A DNA stretch of 64,000 bases from an uncultured Candidatus Saccharibacteria bacterium (lineage in GTDB: Bacteria > Patescibacteriota > Doudnabacteria > UBA920): NCBI GenBank assembly GCA_964434195.1, contig CAYSUI010000002.1:2562-66561 (forward strand), given 5' to 3'. Under the pieces are notes generated by a model. That model did not search any database. It worked only from the letters and a program-made list of their open reading frames with translations, and was not told the DNA's origin. Below, in pieces: positions 28,303 through 38,610 of this stretch (positions are counted from its first letter, which is position 1; each line of letters opens with the position of its first letter). The translations under genes and the position numbers were made by a program.

Positions 28303-29410
28303 AGTGTTGTTAAAGAAAAAAAATCAAGCGGACTTGCCGCTTGTTTTAGGCTTTTCGGCGATTATAGTTATAGGTATCTTAATGCTCTATTCCGCTTCTA
28401 CGGTAGTGTCATTTAGAAATTTCGGAAATACTTCTTATTTTGCCACGCATCAATTACTTTATGGTTTATTACCAGGTTTAGTAGTTGCATACATTTGTTC
28501 TAAAATCGATTACCATTTTTGGGAAAAATTAATACCCATTCTTGCTGTGGTGTCTCTTTTAGCATTGGCATTAGTTAAGCTACCTGGAGTTGGATTTTCG
28601 GCTGGTGGCGCCACAAGATGGATCCGTCTAGGTTTTATCACTTTTCAACCAGCTGAATTAGCTAAATTTGCTGTTATCGTCTATACGGCTGGTTGGATAA
28701 GTAAAAAACAGATGGAATTGAGGGATTTTTATCTAGGGCTTTTTCCTTATCTTGTTGTGATGGGGTTATTTTCAATTTTAATCTTATGGCAACCAGACGT
28801 AGGAACCATGCTATCACTAATTTTCACAGGTGGAGCTATGCTTTTTTTAGGGGGATTAAGTATGAAATATTTTGCTGGTATCGGTGGGGTAGGTGCTTTA
28901 TTAATGGCAATTATAATCAAACTTGAACCCTATAGAATGGAGAGATTGCTAACTTTTTTAAATCCTAGTGCAGACCCTAAAGGTGCAGGTTATCAAATAA
29001 ATCAAGCACTTTTAGCCATAGGAGCCGGTGGTATATTCGGCTATGGTTATGGTCTATCCAGGCAAAAACATAATTACTTACCTGAAGTAATAGGTGACTC
29101 TATTTTCGCTGTCATGGCTGAAGAGCTAGGTCTTATTAAGGTGTCTTTAATAATATTATTATTTATATTTGTAGCACTCAGGGGTATTTACATAAGCCTC
29201 AAAGCGCCGGATATATTTGGAAGAGTCCTTGGGACAGGAATAATCGCCTCAATTATGGTTCAAGTCTTCATTAACATAGGTGCCATAATGGGCTTGCTTC
29301 CTTTAACTGGGATACCATTACCGTTTATTAGTTACGGGAGTAGCGCTCTAATTATGAATTTAGTAGGTTTGGGTGTTCTTTTAAATATCTCAAAACAGGC
29401 CAAACAGTAA
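28280..29410 (+). CDS. ftsW: SEDS peptidoglycan polymerase FtsW
   Basis: GATRWI, FQPAELAK, QPDVGT, GIPLPFISYGSS. Confidence 0.93.
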   Translation: MPKLSTNKVLLKKKNQADLPLVLGFSAIIVIGILMLYSASTVVSFRNFGNTSYFATHQLLYGLLPGLVVAYICSKIDYHFWEKLIPILAVVSLLALALVKLPGVGFSAGGATRWIRLGFITFQPAELAKFAVIVYTAGWISKKQMELRDFYLGLFPYLVVMGLFSILILWQPDVGTMLSLIFTGGAMLFLGGLSMKYFAGIGGVGALLMAIIIKLEPYRMERLLTFLNPSADPKGAGYQINQALLAIGAGGIFGYGYGLSRQKHNYLPEVIGDSIFAVMAEELGLIKVSLIILLFIFVALRGIYISLKAPDIFGRVLGTGIIASIMVQVFINIGAIMGLLPLTGIPLPFISYGSSALIMNLVGLGVLLNISKQAKQ

Positions 29411-29412
29411 TT

Positions 29413-31440
29413 ATGTCCAAAAAAAAGATTAAATTCTTCTTCTACCATAACGTTTTCGAAGAGATGGAAAGTGATAATTCGCAGGAAGACGCCTTTGAGG
29501 ACGAAAATGTTAAATCAAAAAAAAAGAAAAAATGGTTAAATATCTCAATTTTTTGCATCTTAGGTAGTATCGTATTAAGTGCGTTCTTTCTGCTTTGGTT
29601 TACTTCCAAGGCGATTTTAGTTAAGGATAAGGTAAAAAATGCAATATTAGGTGCAGTAACAGATATCAACTCAGCTCAGAGAGAGATTTCTAATTCTAAC
29701 CCAGCTCTTGCACAAAACAATTTTCAGGATGCATTTTCAAAATTTGAGCAAGCGCAAAAAGATATATCTGAGAATGGCAAATTACTAAAATTATTAGCAG
29801 ATTTACATCCAAAATCTAAAGAAGCACAAAAAATCCTTCAAGCTTCAAAATTGTTAAGCGAAGCTGGAATTAGGGCAAGTAACTTTTCAGTTAGGTATCA
29901 AGATATTAAATTCAATTTATCTGGAGCATCAGGTGTAGATGATCGTAAAATTCAAGACTTTTTAAATCAGAGCAAGACGGAACTTCTAGAGATTGAAAAA
30001 CAAGTAAGTGAAGCGAATAAAATATTAGACGAACTTACGCTTGAAGGTTTTGGAGAAGATGAGAAGTCTAAGATTAGGGACTTAAAAGCTAAAGTAACCA
30101 AACTAAAGGATATCCTAATAACTTTAGACGATATTATGCTTGTCTTTAGAGGATTTCTTACAGGTAATAAAAATATTCTAATTTTATTCCAAAATAACAG
30201 GGAAATAAGAGCCACGGGAGGATTTATCGGTACTTACGGAAAAATGAAAATAAAAAATGGAGTGATTAAGGAAATTAAAGTGTCCAGTATTTATGATTTA
30301 GATGGGCAACTAAAAAAACAAATCATACCACCAGAACCTATTTTTGCAGTAAATAACCAATGGTATCTAAGAGATAGTAATTGGTTCATCGATTTCTCAA
30401 AATCTGCCTCAAAAGCATCTGTTTTCTACGAAAGAGAAGGGGGAGAAACTCCAGATTTTGTCATAGCTTTAACACCTGAAATTGTTGTAAGATTACTTGA
30501 AATCACAGGACCCATTGAACTACTAAGCTATAACACAAAAATAACGTCACAAAACTTTATCGAAACAACTGAATATTTAACTTCAGTTGCATACGATAAA
30601 AAAATAAATCAGCCAAAGGCAATGCTAGCTGATTTTATGCCAATATTTTTACAAAAAGTATTTTCACTCGAAGGAGAAAAGAAAATAAGTATGGTGAAAG
30701 TAATATCTGATGTGCTAAAAGAAAAAAATATTCTACTATTTTCAAGACATGATGAAACCCAAAATATTTTTAGAAAATATTTATGGTCCGGAGAAATATC
30801 GGACACTTCAGGAGATTTTCTTATGGTAAATTGGAGTAATTTAGGAGGCACAAAGGTAGATCAAGATTTAAATCAGAAATATAGACTAGAATCCAATTTG
30901 GGAAAAGACGGAATTATCGAAAATACATTATATATTACAAGATCAAATCCCTTGCCTAAATTAGATGGCTTAAAATCATTGAGCTATGTTCGAATAGTGG
31001 TTCCGTTAGGTAGTAGACTTCAGGAAGTAAGCGGTTTTACTGAGCAGCCATTTGACTCACTAACTATTAATAAAGTAGGGGAGCGTGATTCTGACGTTGA
31101 GGCAATTGAATCATTTAGTAAGCTAGATTTTAATAACAGAACAAATGTATCTCAAGAATCAGGAAAAACAGTCTTTGGGAATTGGTTAGAATTAAAACCT
31201 GGAGAAACCAGGCAAATAAAAATACGCTACATATTACCCTTTAAATTTAGTAAAGTACATCCATATTCAGTATACTTTCAAAAACAACCTGGACTTAATA
31301 ATACCTCGGTCGAATATAGATTAACCGCTGATAATACCTGGAATTTACGAGATATTGAAAAAGATCAAAATGAGAGGAATATCGAAAAACATTTTCCACT
31401 AAAAGTGGATAATTGGTTTGGATTTGTTCTCTCAAAATAA
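29413..31440 (+). CDS. DUF4012-domain membrane-anchored protein
   Basis: ILFQNNREIRATGGFIGTYG, LRDSNW..DF, YFQKQPG. Confidence 0.85.
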   Translation: MSKKKIKFFFYHNVFEEMESDNSQEDAFEDENVKSKKKKKWLNISIFCILGSIVLSAFFLLWFTSKAILVKDKVKNAILGAVTDINSAQREISNSNPALAQNNFQDAFSKFEQAQKDISENGKLLKLLADLHPKSKEAQKILQASKLLSEAGIRASNFSVRYQDIKFNLSGASGVDDRKIQDFLNQSKTELLEIEKQVSEANKILDELTLEGFGEDEKSKIRDLKAKVTKLKDILITLDDIMLVFRGFLTGNKNILILFQNNREIRATGGFIGTYGKMKIKNGVIKEIKVSSIYDLDGQLKKQIIPPEPIFAVNNQWYLRDSNWFIDFSKSASKASVFYEREGGETPDFVIALTPEIVVRLLEITGPIELLSYNTKITSQNFIETTEYLTSVAYDKKINQPKAMLADFMPIFLQKVFSLEGEKKISMVKVISDVLKEKNILLFSRHDETQNIFRKYLWSGEISDTSGDFLMVNWSNLGGTKVDQDLNQKYRLESNLGKDGIIENTLYITRSNPLPKLDGLKSLSYVRIVVPLGSRLQEVSGFTEQPFDSLTINKVGERDSDVEAIESFSKLDFNNRTNVSQESGKTVFGNWLELKPGETRQIKIRYILPFKFSKVHPYSVYFQKQPGLNNTSVEYRLTADNTWNLRDIEKDQNERNIEKHFPLKVDNWFGFVLSK

Positions 31441-31445
31441 TTTTT

Positions 31446-33059
31446 ATGATAAAAATTCTCAGAAAATATGATGATAATTTCACTCTTTCAAGGGCCACTT
31501 TCATAATTGGCCTAGCTACTTTACTCACAAAATTAATTTCTTTATTAAGAGTTAATCTTTTTGCGAGTAGGTTGGCAGCAGGTGATTTAGCTGATGTTTA
31601 TTTTACCTCATTCAGAATTCCTGATTTCATTTTCAATCTTCTTATTTTAGGCACTATGTCAGTTGCATTCATTCCTCTTTATGTCCAATTCAAGTCAAAA
31701 AATAAGAATGAATCCCTAGAATTCGCAAATACTATTCTGAATACATCATTCTTAGTAATGCTGTTAGTGCTCACAATAGTTTATTTTTTTATAGGAGAAA
31801 TTACTAAATCTTTAGTACCTGGATTCCCTCCAGAAAAATTACAAGAAACTATAAATTTTAGTAAGCTTCTCCTGGTTTCTCCGCTTATATTCACTGTTTC
31901 AAACCTATTTACAGCCATACTTACATCTCATAAAAGATTTCTAATCATCAGCCTTGCTCCGATACTCTATAACTTGGGAATTATTTTGGGTATTCTATTT
32001 TTCTACCCCTACTTTGGTTTTAAAGGGTTAGCTTATGGGGTAATTTTGGGTGCTTTAATGCATTTATCTATTCAGATTCCAGAATTGATACGTATAGGAT
32101 TCTCTTATAAATTTATCCTTAAACTTAGGGATACTAAATTCAAGAATTTTTTAAATCTGTTTTTTCCAAGAATATTTGCTTTTGATAGTTCTAGTATCAG
32201 TTTAATAATAGGCTCAGTATTTGGCTCTTCACTCGGAGTAGGTGCAATAGCCGTTTATAATTATGCATTCGACTTACAAAGCGTTCCTTTGGGAATATTT
32301 GCTGCTTCCACTGCAGCAGCGGCATTCCCGGTTTTAACCTCGGCACATACGAATGGTAATCTACATGAGTTTATTGAAACCCTAAGAAAGAGTATTTTAA
32401 AAATACTATATTATGTATTGCCAATATCAGTAATGTTTCTAGTATTTAGAGCGCAAATAGTAAGAATTTTACTTGGACATGGAAAATTTGGCTGGGAGGA
32501 AACCATACTTACTTTCAACGCTTTGGGAATTTTTAGTTTATCTCTTGCTTCGCAGGCAATAATACCTCTTCTCTCAAGAAGTTTTTATGCCAAACACAAC
32601 ACAAAAATCCCTGTAGTAATAGGAGTGATCGCTATGATCATAAATATTTCGCTTGCTTATTTTTTTCATTCAAGTTTAGGAATCATAGGTATTGTCGCCG
32701 CTTTCAGTATTAGTAACTCTATAAACTGTATTATTCTTTTCTTGTTACTTCGATTCAAGTATCTTGCACCAGGTAATTCCGAATACTTAATAGATAACTT
32801 CGATAATCCGCTAGTAAAAAATATCGTACTTATTGTTTTGGCGTCAGGATTATTCGGTGTGGTTATATATGGAATGCTTTACCTCGCCTCTACTTTTTTA
32901 CCTACAGATACCACTTTAGGACTTATATTTCAAACAGGATTATCCGGTACTATAGGTGTGATAGTGTACTTGCTTCTCACAAAGCAAATGAAGCTAGATG
33001 AGTCCTTAAATTTATGGAAAATAGTTGAACGTTTACGTAAATACACAAAGGTAGACTAA
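31446..33059 (+). CDS. murJ: Lipid II flippase MurJ (start moved to ATG 31446)
   Basis: FRIPDFIFNLL, AFIP, PLGIF, RSFYAKHNTKIP; multi-TM. Confidence 0.92.
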   Translation: MIKILRKYDDNFTLSRATFIIGLATLLTKLISLLRVNLFASRLAAGDLADVYFTSFRIPDFIFNLLILGTMSVAFIPLYVQFKSKNKNESLEFANTILNTSFLVMLLVLTIVYFFIGEITKSLVPGFPPEKLQETINFSKLLLVSPLIFTVSNLFTAILTSHKRFLIISLAPILYNLGIILGILFFYPYFGFKGLAYGVILGALMHLSIQIPELIRIGFSYKFILKLRDTKFKNFLNLFFPRIFAFDSSSISLIIGSVFGSSLGVGAIAVYNYAFDLQSVPLGIFAASTAAAAFPVLTSAHTNGNLHEFIETLRKSILKILYYVLPISVMFLVFRAQIVRILLGHGKFGWEETILTFNALGIFSLSLASQAIIPLLSRSFYAKHNTKIPVVIGVIAMIINISLAYFFHSSLGIIGIVAAFSISNSINCIILFLLLRFKYLAPGNSEYLIDNFDNPLVKNIVLIVLASGLFGVVIYGMLYLASTFLPTDTTLGLIFQTGLSGTIGVIVYLLLTKQMKLDESLNLWKIVERLRKYTKVD

Positions 33060-33091
33060 TAAATCAACCACTGCTATTATTAGCATTACAA

Positions 33092-34879
33092 ATGTTAGAA
33101 AATATAAGAAATTTTTGCATTATCGCACACATTGATCACGGTAAGTCGACACTGGCTGACCGCCTTTTAGAAATGACAAATACCGTAAATAAACGGGAAA
33201 TGAAAGAACAGCTCCTTGATCAAATGGATATAGAAAGAGAAAGGGGTATTACAATAAAACTCCAACCTGTAAGAATGAATTACAGATATAACTCCACCGA
33301 TTATATTCTTAACCTAATAGACACTCCAGGCCATGTCGACTTTGCCTATGAAGTTAGTAGGAGCTTAGCTTGTTGTGAAGGAGCGATACTCGTAGTAGAC
33401 AGCACGCAGGGTATAGAAGCTCAGACCCTCGCCAATGCCTATTTAGCCATAGAGCATAACTTAACTATAATTCCAGTAGTCAACAAAATAGACTTACCTA
33501 ATTCAGATAAAGAAAAAACAGCAAACGAACTTATATCAGCTTTTGGTTTCAAAAAAGAAGAAATACTTTATACCTCAGGTAAAACTGGTGAAGGAGTAGA
33601 CTTACTCTTAGAAGAAATCGTAAAACGCATACAATCTCCCAAAGGCAACCCCGAGAAACCTTTCAGGGGGTTAATTTTCGATTCTCAATACGATATTCAC
33701 AGAGGAGTTATATCCTATATTAGAGTTTTTGATGGTCACTTAGAAAGTAGGAAAAAAATTTCCATGCTAGCCTCCTCGGCTGAGGCGGAAAGCTTGGAGG
33801 TTGGATATTTCAAACCTAAATTTTTCAAATCAGAGCAAATACTCACAGGCGAGGTTGGATATGTGGTTACTGGTCTTAGAGACGTATCTAGCGCTAGGGT
33901 GGGGGATACCATCACTCTGGTAGAGGAGAAGGAAACAGATCCATTACCTGGATATAAACTTGTAGTACCAATGGTATATGCAAGTATTTTTCCCGTCTCT
34001 GGCGATGACTACCCACAACTAAGAGATGCTATGGGAAAACTTAAACTTTCTGATAGCGCGCTAGTCTTTGAACCAGAACATATTCCTAGTATTGGGTTTG
34101 GATTCAGAACAGGATTTTTAGGACTTCTCCATATGGATATAGTCCAAGAAAGACTAACTAGGGAATACAACCTTGATCTAATATTAACTGCTCCTAGTGT
34201 TGCCTATAATATTATCCGCTCAGATGACTCAAGTATTGTTGTACATAACCCAGCAGAGTTTCCTGATCCTAGTCATATAAAGACTATTTTAGAACCTTGG
34301 ATGTCAGTAACTATCCTTACTCCAAAAGATTATATTGGTCCTATAATGGAAATTGTCACCAAAAGACGCGGAATAAGTAAAAATTTACAGTACTTAAGCG
34401 ACGCTAGAGTCGAAATGAATTTTGAAATGCCCCTCGCACAAATAATAGTCGATTTCTACGACACACTAAAAAGTGCCACCAGTGGTTATGCGTCCTTAAA
34501 TTACGATTTCATAGAGAATAGACCCGGCGATGTTGTTAAGGTGGATATTCTGGTGGGTGGAGAAAAGGTAGATGCACTAGCATGTATACTTCACCGCTCA
34601 GTAGCTGAGAGTGAGGGTAGGGAACTAGTAAGTAGGCTAAAGGCTTTAATTCCCAAGCAGCAGTTCGAAATAGCGCTACAAGCTGCTATAGGTGGAAAAT
34701 TCATTGCAAGAGAAACCATCTCCGCTCTTAGAAAAGACGTAACAGGGTATCTTTACGGAGGAGATGTAACTAGAAAAATGAAGTTACTTAATAAACAGAA
34801 AAAGGGGAAAAAACGTATGAAAAAAATCGGCAAAGTAGACATCCCTCAAGAAGCCTTCTTAGCAGTCTTAAAAAAATAA
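33092..34879 (+). CDS. lepA: Elongation factor 4
   Basis: AHIDHGKSTLADR, DTPGHVDF, YGGDVTRKMKLL. Confidence 0.98.
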   Translation: MLENIRNFCIIAHIDHGKSTLADRLLEMTNTVNKREMKEQLLDQMDIERERGITIKLQPVRMNYRYNSTDYILNLIDTPGHVDFAYEVSRSLACCEGAILVVDSTQGIEAQTLANAYLAIEHNLTIIPVVNKIDLPNSDKEKTANELISAFGFKKEEILYTSGKTGEGVDLLLEEIVKRIQSPKGNPEKPFRGLIFDSQYDIHRGVISYIRVFDGHLESRKKISMLASSAEAESLEVGYFKPKFFKSEQILTGEVGYVVTGLRDVSSARVGDTITLVEEKETDPLPGYKLVVPMVYASIFPVSGDDYPQLRDAMGKLKLSDSALVFEPEHIPSIGFGFRTGFLGLLHMDIVQERLTREYNLDLILTAPSVAYNIIRSDDSSIVVHNPAEFPDPSHIKTILEPWMSVTILTPKDYIGPIMEIVTKRRGISKNLQYLSDARVEMNFEMPLAQIIVDFYDTLKSATSGYASLNYDFIENRPGDVVKVDILVGGEKVDALACILHRSVAESEGRELVSRLKALIPKQQFEIALQAAIGGKFIARETISALRKDVTGYLYGGDVTRKMKLLNKQKKGKKRMKKIGKVDIPQEAFLAVLKK

Positions 34880-34907
34880 ATCTACTTTTTGGTGTTATAC
34901 TTTAAAT

Positions 34908-35012
34908 ATGCTTAGAAATAGGGAAAAATTAGATAAAATTACAAAGGTTGTGGCTGTAATAATGCTTTTTGCATTAGTACTAGGGCTTTTTGGTTATAAC
35001 TTGTTTGCTTAA
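34908..35012 (+). CDS. 34-aa single-TM small protein (not in the ORF track)
   Basis: MLRNREKLDKITKVVAVIMLFALVLGLFGYNLFA; TGTTATACT lies 6 nt upstream of the ATG. Confidence 0.6.
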   Translation: MLRNREKLDKITKVVAVIMLFALVLGLFGYNLFA

Positions 35013-35024
35013 CCATCTTTAATC

Positions 35025-35483
35025 ATGGTTACAACAGATATCAGGCAATCCAAATTATTTATACTAGGACCACTCCTAAGCATAATAATCTTAGGCGTAG
35101 GTGGTTTTATTTATCTGAAACGTTTCGAGATCTTAGACGATCTTCAAAAATGGTATATACTTTGGCTAATTTTACTTTTCGGTTGGTTTTTGTATCACTT
35201 AATTTTATGGGTGGGTACAAAATATACAGTAAATTCAGAAGGAATTATTATAAAGCTTCAAGAAGGTCTTTTAAAAAAAATTCACCAAGAAGTCAGTTTT
35301 GAAAAAATTAGCTCACTATCTATCGTAAAACATGGCCCACTTTCATTATTCTTTGATTATGGGGAAATAGAAGTTTTTACTATAGGTAGTGTTAAACCGG
35401 TCATTTTACATAGAGTCTCTAATCCTGCAGAGATACAAAAATTAATAAAAACTCGAATTCGAATTGATGAAGAGGAACACTAA
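35025..35483 (+). CDS. Bacterial PH-domain membrane protein
   Basis: Two TM segments then YTVN...QEGL...EKI...FDYGEIEV. Confidence 0.7.
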   Translation: MVTTDIRQSKLFILGPLLSIIILGVGGFIYLKRFEILDDLQKWYILWLILLFGWFLYHLILWVGTKYTVNSEGIIIKLQEGLLKKIHQEVSFEKISSLSIVKHGPLSLFFDYGEIEVFTIGSVKPVILHRVSNPAEIQKLIKTRIRIDEEEH

Positions 35484-35865
35484 ATCATATAAAATAATAT
35501 TTTCCTGGACCGGTGTAGTTATTTTATTAGTTGTACTCGCTTTCATTTTAGAGAGTTATATTGAACAGTGGAAAAGAAAAACACAAATTGCTTCTGAAGT
35601 ACAATTATTAAGAAATGAAAAAGAAAACCTTTTTCAAGCTAACAAACAATTAGAAGAAAACCTAAAATTTCTAGGAACATCGAGCTATAAATCTAAAATG
35701 GCTAGAGGTATAAATATGAAAATCGAAGGTGAAGAGGTTATAATTTTTCCCGAAAATTTCAATGTAATTAAAAACCCAGAAAATAATTCAGAGAAAAAAG
35801 AAGCTACTAGTAATCCCAGAAAATGGTGGAATTATTTTATGAATCCACATTCACAAGAAAAATAG
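35467..35865 (+). CDS. Septum formation initiator (FtsB/DivIC-like)
   Basis: TM segment plus coiled coil plus ARG.NMK.EGEEVII; NPRKWWNYF tail. Confidence 0.7.
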   Translation: MKRNTKSYKIIFSWTGVVILLVVLAFILESYIEQWKRKTQIASEVQLLRNEKENLFQANKQLEENLKFLGTSSYKSKMARGINMKIEGEEVIIFPENFNVIKNPENNSEKKEATSNPRKWWNYFMNPHSQEK

Positions 35866-35890
35866 ACATTTTGTTAGAATAGCTTAGAAA

Positions 35891-36682
35891 ATGCATAAAA
35901 AAAGTAATAAAAAAATAAATTGGCTCGTATACATACCGTTGGCTATCTTACTTACGATTGTCGCCGGAGTAGGTATGTTAGCTTGGGTATACAAATCTCC
36001 CTACAATTCAAATAAAATATACTTCTACGATAGTTTAAATTTACCCGTTGCCATTATTAACAATAATTTTGTACATTACAATTCCTTAAAATATCGGATA
36101 GAAAAATCAAAAACCTTAGGAAGAAAAATTACATTAGATGAAGCTCTGGTTTTAGAATTAGATGACAAAAAGAAAGAAATTTTTCTTAAATCAGTTAAGA
36201 CAGATCATTTATTAAATTTAAAAACCTTTATTGGCCAGAGTATTAATAAACCTATTAGCAAAAGTGGTAATTTTGACCCTGAGGTGAGTGGATACATTAA
36301 TCAAATTGTTCTCCAAACCTATTTTAATGAGCAAAAGAAAATACACTCTACTGAATATAAGAAAGCAGAAAGCATACTAGGTCAACTTAAAAATGGAGAC
36401 TCAATAAAGACTGACTTTGTATCAGATAGCGGATTTATTGAAGTCTCCAAACTCCTACCTGAAATACAGCTAAGTTTAAAAGAGATCCCAGGTACAGAGC
36501 CTAGGATAATAGCAACCAGATTCGGGATTTTAATATTTGAGCCTTCAAAAATTAGCTTAGATTCAAATTCAAACGAAAAAAAAATTAGCCTCAGAAGTGT
36601 ATTTATACCTACGAGTGGCTACAATGATTGGATTAAAAAACAAATTACAAATATCAAGGTCAAAACCTATTTGAAAAATTAA
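35891..36682 (+). CDS. Membrane-anchored, degenerate SurA/PrsA-like protein
   Basis: N-terminal TM; PVAIIN, KAESIL..LKNG, DSGF...LLPE, TRFGILI resemble a parvulin-type foldase. Confidence 0.45.
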   Translation: MHKKSNKKINWLVYIPLAILLTIVAGVGMLAWVYKSPYNSNKIYFYDSLNLPVAIINNNFVHYNSLKYRIEKSKTLGRKITLDEALVLELDDKKKEIFLKSVKTDHLLNLKTFIGQSINKPISKSGNFDPEVSGYINQIVLQTYFNEQKKIHSTEYKKAESILGQLKNGDSIKTDFVSDSGFIEVSKLLPEIQLSLKEIPGTEPRIIATRFGILIFEPSKISLDSNSNEKKISLRSVFIPTSGYNDWIKKQITNIKVKTYLKN

Positions 36683-36699
36683 GTCCTCATGTCTAAGGT

Positions 36700-38124
36700 A
36701 TGTCTAGGTTTAAAGAATTGGTAAAGTATTTGTACAAAGCTAGAAAAAAAGGTCTTAAAAAGTCAGAAATTGAATCAAATCTTAAAACAATGGGTTGGAG
36801 TTCATTGTGGATTTGGCTTGCATGGAAAAAATTAAATAATTTATCGAAAAAAAATTTAGAACAACAACAAAAAAACAAGAAAAATTATTTATTCTATGGC
36901 TCAATTTTCTCAGGTTTAATCTTGATATTATTAGTACTTTTATGGGTACAAGGTTTTATCTATTTAAAGGGTCCCACACTTTTCAGGCCAGATTTGAAAT
37001 TTGCCAAATTTTTAGAATTACAAAAACATCGCACCCAAAGCATAGCATTTTCATTCAGCTATACAGATGGCAAACAACAAAAAATCCCTTTTAAATGGAG
37101 TGGTGAGGGTAAAATAAATGAAATGAACACAGGGGGACAAAAAGAATTTCAAGTAGGTATAAATTCAAAGCTATATCTTGAAAATGAATATCCTACCAAG
37201 CATTTGTTACGCATGAACTCAGAGGGAATTTATTTAAAAAACTATATTTCACAAGAATTAGAAAATAAACTCGAGGACAAAACTGAAGTTGTTAATACCT
37301 TGAATAAATGGACAAAAATATCTGATTCAGCACAAATATTAGATAAACCTAATGACATTACACTAAAACTAATAAAGGATTCAAAAATAAATAAATTTTT
37401 GGGGTTCGAAAAATCTGAACAAGGTTTGGTATTGTTATATGAATTAAATATTAACCCAGATTTATTTATTAAAGCTCCTAGCGTCTCATTCGAGACTTTT
37501 AAAGGTACAAAAAATACAATTTTCTCTCCGAGTAGTTTAACACTAGCAATTTCTCCTATTGCAGGTAATTTCAAATACTTGGAATTCGTTGGTTACGGAC
37601 CATCGTTTTTAGATGTAGTCAACAAAATATACGCAAAAAAATCGGATCATAGCACAATTCAGAATGACAAACAAAGACTAAATGATCTTCAAGACATTTC
37701 AAATGAACTTGAAAGGTTTTATAATCGCTATCAGGGTTATCCGGAATCTATTCTTGGAAAACCAGAAGTAAATAAAGAAAAATTTAAATGGCCCACTGCT
37801 CCAGAAGCCGAAAGCGGTTGTTCGGAATTTTACAACACATACTGGTACACAGCTCTTGGGGAAAAAACCTTTAACTTAGACTTGGGAAAAAACATATTTC
37901 CAGACTACAAAGTGACATTTTGCTTAGGAAGTCAAATAGATAATCACAACTCAGGTGTTTCTGAACTTACCCCAAAGGGTATAAAAGCAATACCCTGCGA
38001 AAATGATCCCTATTGTTCTCCCAGCACCTTAAACATTAAAGGAATGTTAAAAAGTGAAAGGTTTTGGCAGGATATTCCCATAAATTCAAGATTGGATATT
38101 AAAATATTACCCGATACTCAATAA
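36700..38124 (+). CDS. Membrane-anchored hypothetical protein with an internal pseudopilin-like segment
   Basis: TM near residues 62-88; NDKQRLNDLQDISNELERFYNRYQGYP. Confidence 0.6.
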   Translation: MSRFKELVKYLYKARKKGLKKSEIESNLKTMGWSSLWIWLAWKKLNNLSKKNLEQQQKNKKNYLFYGSIFSGLILILLVLLWVQGFIYLKGPTLFRPDLKFAKFLELQKHRTQSIAFSFSYTDGKQQKIPFKWSGEGKINEMNTGGQKEFQVGINSKLYLENEYPTKHLLRMNSEGIYLKNYISQELENKLEDKTEVVNTLNKWTKISDSAQILDKPNDITLKLIKDSKINKFLGFEKSEQGLVLLYELNINPDLFIKAPSVSFETFKGTKNTIFSPSSLTLAISPIAGNFKYLEFVGYGPSFLDVVNKIYAKKSDHSTIQNDKQRLNDLQDISNELERFYNRYQGYPESILGKPEVNKEKFKWPTAPEAESGCSEFYNTYWYTALGEKTFNLDLGKNIFPDYKVTFCLGSQIDNHNSGVSELTPKGIKAIPCENDPYCSPSTLNIKGMLKSERFWQDIPINSRLDIKILPDTQ

Positions 38125-38174
38125 TATTGAACTAACCTGACTAAATTACTATAATAATCAAAGTAAAAACGTTC

Positions 38175-38224
38175 GCGGGTATAGTACATCGGTAGTATGC
38201 GACCTTCCCAAGGTTTAAGCACGG
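38175..38224 (+). pseudogene. Truncated tRNA-Gly(CCC)-like 5' fragment
   Basis: Acceptor 5' strand, D-arm and CCC anticodon arm present; no T-loop or CCA; 24 nt identical to the downstream tRNA-Gly. Confidence 0.7.
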
Positions 38225-38366
38225 TATGCCATAGAGGGACTCACGTCGTCCCCTCCAATCGGGATACCCGAGTTGGAGCCACCCCTTCTCGCCGCCGTCG
38301 CGGCTAGTAATAATAAATAGTTTATGACTAAATAATTGGTTTGTCATGTTTTCATTTTTGGATTTT

Positions 38367-38440
38367 GCGGGATTCGTATAATGGTAGTACGAGACCTTCC
38401 CAAGGTTTAAGCACGGGTTCGATTCCCGTATCCCGCTCCA
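38367..38440 (+). tRNA. tRNA-Gly(CCC)
   Basis: Full cloverleaf, loop TTCCCAA, GGTTCGATTCC, ends TCCA. Confidence 0.95.
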
Positions 38441-38462
38441 AAAGTGAGAATGTGACCATTTA

Positions 38463-38538
38463 GCCGACTTAGCTCAGTTGGTAGAGCGGCGCATTCGTAA
38501 CGCGCAGGTCGTGAGTTCAATCCTCACAGTCGGCTCCA
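38463..38538 (+). tRNA. tRNA-Thr(CGT)
   Basis: GCCGACT acceptor stem, loop TTCGTAA, GTTCAATC, CCA end; A31-C39 mismatch. Confidence 0.93.
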
Positions 38539-38539
38539 T

Positions 38540-38574
38540 AAAACAGAACACTAAGTATTTAGTGTTCTGTTTTA
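38540..38574 (+). terminator. Terminator after the tRNA pair
   Basis: AAAACAGAACACTAA/TTAGTGTTCTGTTTT hairpin. Confidence 0.8.
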
Positions 38575-38610
38575 TTCATGACAAATAAAAAACCAAAGAA
38601 ATTCTTTGGT

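Noticed and set aside
38225-38304. HDV-like (theta) ribozyme or tRNA intron
   Set aside because: Could not build the nested double pseudoknot by eye; no group I core and no matching 3' exon with T-loop and CCA
38141-38347. 68-aa minus-strand ORF
   Set aside because: Antisense to the tRNA-like fragment and hairpins; no SD or recognisable motif
38201-38416. 24-bp direct repeat as a CRISPR repeat or prophage att pair
   Set aside because: Only two copies, both tRNA sequence; no cas genes or integrase, and under 200 bp between them
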